DNA of 64,000 nucleotides from Alphaproteobacteria bacterium (GTDB lineage Bacteria; Pseudomonadota; Alphaproteobacteria; JAPOUT01; G958296285): NCBI GenBank assembly GCA_965209065.1, contig OZ242373.1, positions 646,202 to 710,201 of the forward strand, read 5' to 3'. Shown piece by piece: positions 60,692 to 64,000 of this stretch (position 1 is its first letter; each line of letters starts with the position of its first letter). The notes under the pieces were generated by a model. It saw only the letters and a program-made list of their open reading frames with translations, ran no database searches and was not told where the DNA came from. The position numbers and the translations under genes were made by a program.

Positions 60692-60767
60692 GGTGCCGGC
60701 AAAGAGATTTGAACTCCTGACCCCCTGATTACAAATCAGGTGCTCTACCAGCTGAGCTATACCGGCG
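60692..60767 (-). tRNA. tRNA-Thr (anticodon UGU)
   Basis: Minus-strand GCCGGTATAGCTCAGCTGGTAGAGC...TTTGTAA...GGTTCAAATC...GCCGGCACCA. Confidence 0.85.
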
Positions 60768-60810
60768 GTTGTGAGGTTTGATAATAAACCATTTTGATTA
60801 TTTTTGCACC

Positions 60811-62130
60811 TTATGCGTCTTGGACGTCCTGCACGGTGAGGATAAGCTCTTGTAGCCCGAAGGGTTTTGGCAGAAAGCGAATGCGCTCGGCGAGTTTAGC
60901 CTCAGGGTCGCGGAAAGCGTCTTCGGCATAGCCTGAGATGAGGACGACTTGTAAATTTTTATGTTGGTTCAGCAGGTGCTCGGCGAGTTGGACGCCGTCC
61001 ATACCGCTCATCACGACATCGCTCACGAGGACATCGAGTTGCTCTATCGGGGTGGCGAGGGCTTCCTCAGCGCTCGGCGCGGTAAGCACCTCGAAGCCGT
61101 GCGAGCGTAAAGCGCGCGCGGCGAATTCTCTTATCGTCGGTTCGTCTTCTACGAGCAAAATTTTCTTTTGTCCTGTGTTGGAGCGAGGAGAAAGTTGTGC
61201 GGGCGCAGAGAAATTTTTATTTTTATTTTCTGCCTCCCCTTCTTCCTCTTGATGATGGCGTGGCAGATAAATGCGAAAGGCGGTGCCCTTGCCTTTTTCG
61301 CTTTCGGGGAATATAAAACCATCGCTTTGCTTGACGATACCATAAACGGTGGAAAGCCCTAGCCCTGTGCCTTGCGGTTTGGTCGAGTAAAAAGGTTCAA
61401 AGATATTACCGAGCTCAGCTTTAGCAATACCGCACCCGCTATCTTTTATTTCAAGCAGCACATAATCTTTATTTTTAGGAATGAGGACATGGTCTTTTTG
61501 CGCGAGTTGCCGCGCGGGCATCGGGGCTATTGTTATATCTAGCCTGCCGCCATTAGGCATAGCATCGCGCGCATTCACCGCGAGGTTAATAATAATTTGC
61601 TCTAGCTGTGTTGGGTCAGCGAGCACCGGCCACACTGGCTCTATGATATTTAGTTTCACATCAATCGGCGCGCCGAGCAATCTATCAACCAGGTTTAAGA
61701 TATTTTCCGCGCGCGTTTTAAGGTCGAGCGGTTGCGGTTGTAAAATCTGTCTGCGCGAAAAAGCAAGCAGTTGGCGCACGAGGTCTGCGCCGCGTTGCGC
61801 ATTGTTTCTTATTTCTTGGACTTCGCTAAATTGTCCTTTGGGCATAGAATCGCATGCGGTAATAATCGCGGTGAGGATATTATTGAAATCGTGCGCGACC
61901 CCGCCGGCGAGTTGCCCGACCGCTTGCATTTTCTGCGCTTGCGCGGCTTGCGTTTCGAGCCGCGCGGCATCTGTTTTTTTTAAGAACAGGTTTTTAATCT
62001 TGGTTATAAATTTTTTCTTTACGCTCATGTCGTTCTTGCGCTTCAATGGATAGGGTCGCGATGGGTCTTGCGATGAGTCTTTTAAGACTAATGGGTTGTC
62101 CGCTTTCCTCGCAATAGCCGTAAGAGCCAT
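60811..62130 (-). CDS. Hybrid sensor histidine kinase / response regulator (HisKA-HATPase_c-REC), cytoplasmic
   Basis: H-box GGVAHDFNNILTAI, N-box LAVNARDAMPNGGRL, G-boxes DSGCGI / GTGLGLS, and a C-terminal receiver (ILLVEDEP...LVSDVVMSGMDG). No TM segments. The start is uncertain: MSVKKK at 62028 is an alternative. Confidence 0.85.
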   Translation of the reverse strand: MALTAIARKADNPLVLKDSSQDPSRPYPLKRKNDMSVKKKFITKIKNLFLKKTDAARLETQAAQAQKMQAVGQLAGGVAHDFNNILTAIITACDSMPKGQFSEVQEIRNNAQRGADLVRQLLAFSRRQILQPQPLDLKTRAENILNLVDRLLGAPIDVKLNIIEPVWPVLADPTQLEQIIINLAVNARDAMPNGGRLDITIAPMPARQLAQKDHVLIPKNKDYVLLEIKDSGCGIAKAELGNIFEPFYSTKPQGTGLGLSTVYGIVKQSDGFIFPESEKGKGTAFRIYLPRHHQEEEGEAENKNKNFSAPAQLSPRSNTGQKKILLVEDEPTIREFAARALRSHGFEVLTAPSAEEALATPIEQLDVLVSDVVMSGMDGVQLAEHLLNQHKNLQVVLISGYAEDAFRDPEAKLAERIRFLPKPFGLQELILTVQDVQDA

Positions 62131-62437
62131 TTTTAATGCGCTCGAGCGCCCAGTCTATTTTAGCGATGAGCTTTCTTTGTCTATCGCGTTCGCGCAGTTC
62201 GATGGTGCGGTCGGCATCTAGGGTTGCGCGGTCGGCGACATCGGCGTTGTGCTTCTCTTCGTGTTTGAGATGTTCCATCGTAATCTCGGCGCCGCTGAGC
62301 AGTTCCTTCTTCCACTGCTGCAGCCGATTGTAGAAGTAAGCGAGCTGTTTCGGCGACATAAACGCCTCCTGCTCGGAGGGTTCGTAGTCTGTGGGTAGAT
62401 TGATATACCTCACCCTATTCCAAAGACGTTTCAACAT
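61994..62437 (-). CDS. dksA: RNA polymerase-binding transcription factor DksA (DksA/TraR C4 zinc finger)
   Basis: 147 aa. The coiled-coil acidic tip (ADVADRATLDADRTIELRERDR) matches the conserved DksA region; the C-terminal region (CEESGQPISLKRLIARPIA) is the presumed zinc-finger region. The ORF overlaps the kinase ORF by up to 137 nt on the same strand. Confidence 0.8.
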   Translation of the reverse strand: MLKRLWNRVRYINLPTDYEPSEQEAFMSPKQLAYFYNRLQQWKKELLSGAEITMEHLKHEEKHNADVADRATLDADRTIELRERDRQRKLIAKIDWALERIKNGSYGYCEESGQPISLKRLIARPIATLSIEAQERHERKEKIYNQD

Positions 62438-62467
62438 ATTGTTCTTATATCATATTTATCTAGCTTT

Positions 62468-62542
62468 TGGCGCGCCCTAGGGGAGTCGAACCCCTCTTTT
62501 CAGGTTGAAAACCTGACGTCCTAACCGATAGACGAAGGGCGC
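62468..62542 (-). tRNA. tRNA-Glu (anticodon UUC)
   Basis: Minus-strand GCGCCCTTCGTCTATCGGTTAGGACG...TTTTCAA...GGGTTCGACTCCCC. Confidence 0.85.
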
Positions 62543-62629
62543 TCCTAGTTCTTATAAAGCATAATGGTCTTTTTTTATAGGGGTTATTCGCCTTCCCCGC
62601 GAGCTTTAGCTTTTAGCGGGGGGCTAGCA

Positions 62630-64000
62630 TTATTGCTTTTGTGAGAATTTCTTAAGCAACTGATTTGCTTTCGCTTGGGCTTTTTCAAGCTGTTCGGGAC
62701 TCAACTGCGTTGCGATTGAATCTCTTCCTTCTGCGGCTTTTTTATACCCTAAAGTAGCAGAGATACTCGACCATTTATAAGCCTCCTGATAATTTTGGGA
62801 AACGCCTTGCCCGTTCCTATACATCCACCCTAAATTAAATTGCGCTTCAGCATGCCCTTGCTCTGCCGCCAAGTGATACCAGCGCAAGGCTTCTTTATAA
62901 TTTTTAGGAACACCTAGCCCGAAGTAATACATTGTCCCTAATTTAAAATACGCGTTAGCATCCCCTTGCTCTGCCGCTTTGCGCCACCAGCGCATTGCTT
63001 CTTTATAGTCTTGCTGAACGCCTCGCCCTTGCTCATACAACACCCCTAAATTATGTTGCGCTTTAACACCCCCTTGCTCTGCCGCTTTGCGATACCAGCC
63101 CACTGCTTTTTCATAGTCTTTAGAAACACCTTGCCCATTAGCATGCATCACCCCTAAATTAAATTGCGCGTCAGCAATCCCTTGCTCTGCCGCCAAGTGA
63201 AGCCAGTGCAATGCTTCTTTATAATCTTTAGGAATACCTTGCCCCTTAGCATACAGCAACCCTAAATTATATTGCGCACTAGCATTCCCTTGCTCTGCCG
63301 CTTTATGAAACCAGAGCAACGCCTCTTTACTGCCTTTAGAAACGCCTTGCCTAAAGCGATGCATCGCCCCTAAATCACTTTGTGCTTGGGCAAACCCCTG
63401 CTCCGCTGCTTTGCGAAGCCAATGCACCGCTTCTTTATGGTCTTGAGGAACACCTCGCCCGCGTCTATACATCGATCCTAAATTAAATTGCGCTTGAGCA
63501 AACCCTTGCTCTGCCGCTTTAAGATACCAGCGCACTGCCTCCTCATAGCTCTGTGAAGCGCCTTGCCCTTCATAATACATCAGTCCTAAACTATATTGCG
63601 CTTGAACGAACTCCTGCTCTGCCGCCTTGTGCCACCAGCGCACTGCCTCCTCATGGCTCTGTGAAGCGCCTTGCCCTAGTCTATACATCGACCCTAAATT
63701 ATATTGCGCGTTAACCTCCCCTTGCTTTGCCGCTTTACGATACCAGCGCACCGCTTCCTTATAGTCTTTAGGAATGCTGCGTCCGTTAAAATAAATTTCT
63801 CCTAAAGCAGATTGCGCTTTAGCAACTCCCTGCTCTGCTGCCTTGTGCAACCAACGCACCGCCCCCTTAGGATTCCGCGAAACGCCGCGCCCTTGCAAAT
63901 ACAGCAACCCCAAGTTAAATTGTGCTTCAGCAACTCCTTGCTCTGCCGCCTTGCGCCACCAGCGCGCCGCTCTTTTATAATCCTGTTTAATTCCTTGCCC
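62630..64000 (-). CDS. Sel1-like repeat (TPR-family) protein, partial (N-terminus beyond window end)
   Basis: It has 11 or more 36-aa Sel1 repeats of the form AEQGxAxAQxNLGxMYxxGxGVxxDYxEAxxWYRKA. The reading frame remains open to position 64000. Confidence 0.85.
   Translation of the reverse strand, partial: GQGIKQDYKRAARWWRKAAEQGVAEAQFNLGLLYLQGRGVSRNPKGAVRWLHKAAEQGVAKAQSALGEIYFNGRSIPKDYKEAVRWYRKAAKQGEVNAQYNLGSMYRLGQGASQSHEEAVRWWHKAAEQEFVQAQYSLGLMYYEGQGASQSYEEAVRWYLKAAEQGFAQAQFNLGSMYRRGRGVPQDHKEAVHWLRKAAEQGFAQAQSDLGAMHRFRQGVSKGSKEALLWFHKAAEQGNASAQYNLGLLYAKGQGIPKDYKEALHWLHLAAEQGIADAQFNLGVMHANGQGVSKDYEKAVGWYRKAAEQGGVKAQHNLGVLYEQGRGVQQDYKEAMRWWRKAAEQGDANAYFKLGTMYYFGLGVPKNYKEALRWYHLAAEQGHAEAQFNLGWMYRNGQGVSQNYQEAYKWSSISATLGYKKAAEGRDSIATQLSPEQLEKAQAKANQLLKKFSQKQ

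Overview
This window looks like a chromosomal segment from an alphaproteobacterium with a compact genome. GC is about 50-60% in the core genes, and several genes overlap or have almost no spacer. I cannot identify the organism from the sequence alone.

Core, well-supported content:
- The classic recG / sdhE-mfd divergent pair.
- The complete rif-region operon on the minus strand: tuf, tRNA-Trp, secE, nusG, rplK, rplA, rplJ, rplL, rpoB, rpoC.
- Eight tRNA genes.
- A cytochrome P450 (partial), a PutP-like symporter, hspQ, an orphan YejA-like substrate-binding protein, a CaiB/BaiF CoA-transferase, an NDUFS4-like protein, an alpha/beta hydrolase, a hybrid histidine kinase, dksA and a Sel1-repeat protein.

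Accessory content. I think the most interesting part is a cluster of four paralogous genes carrying the N-terminal two-partner-secretion (TPS) haemagglutination-activity domain, with no TpsB transporter gene in the window.
- The four proteins are 746, 1488, 3760 and 3290 aa; three of them sit head-to-tail on the minus strand at 32061-57817.
- The 3760-aa gene carries a tandem array of about 7.5 copies of a roughly 540-nt unit spanning about 4 kb.
- The cluster is bracketed by tRNA genes.
- A low-GC defense island lies between tRNA-Tyr and tRNA-fMet: an N6-adenine methyltransferase with a GIY-YIG-like partner, and a DUF262/DUF1524 GmrSD-like protein, interrupted by a high-GC SDR gene.

Genome-wide signature. 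The sequence shows recurrent in-frame 15-nt (five-codon) tandem duplications at six or more sites. They occur in sdhE, in the rplA tail (where they replace the usual L10 leader) and in three of the TPS genes.

All functional calls rest on motifs I recognised in the translations. No database searches were run.
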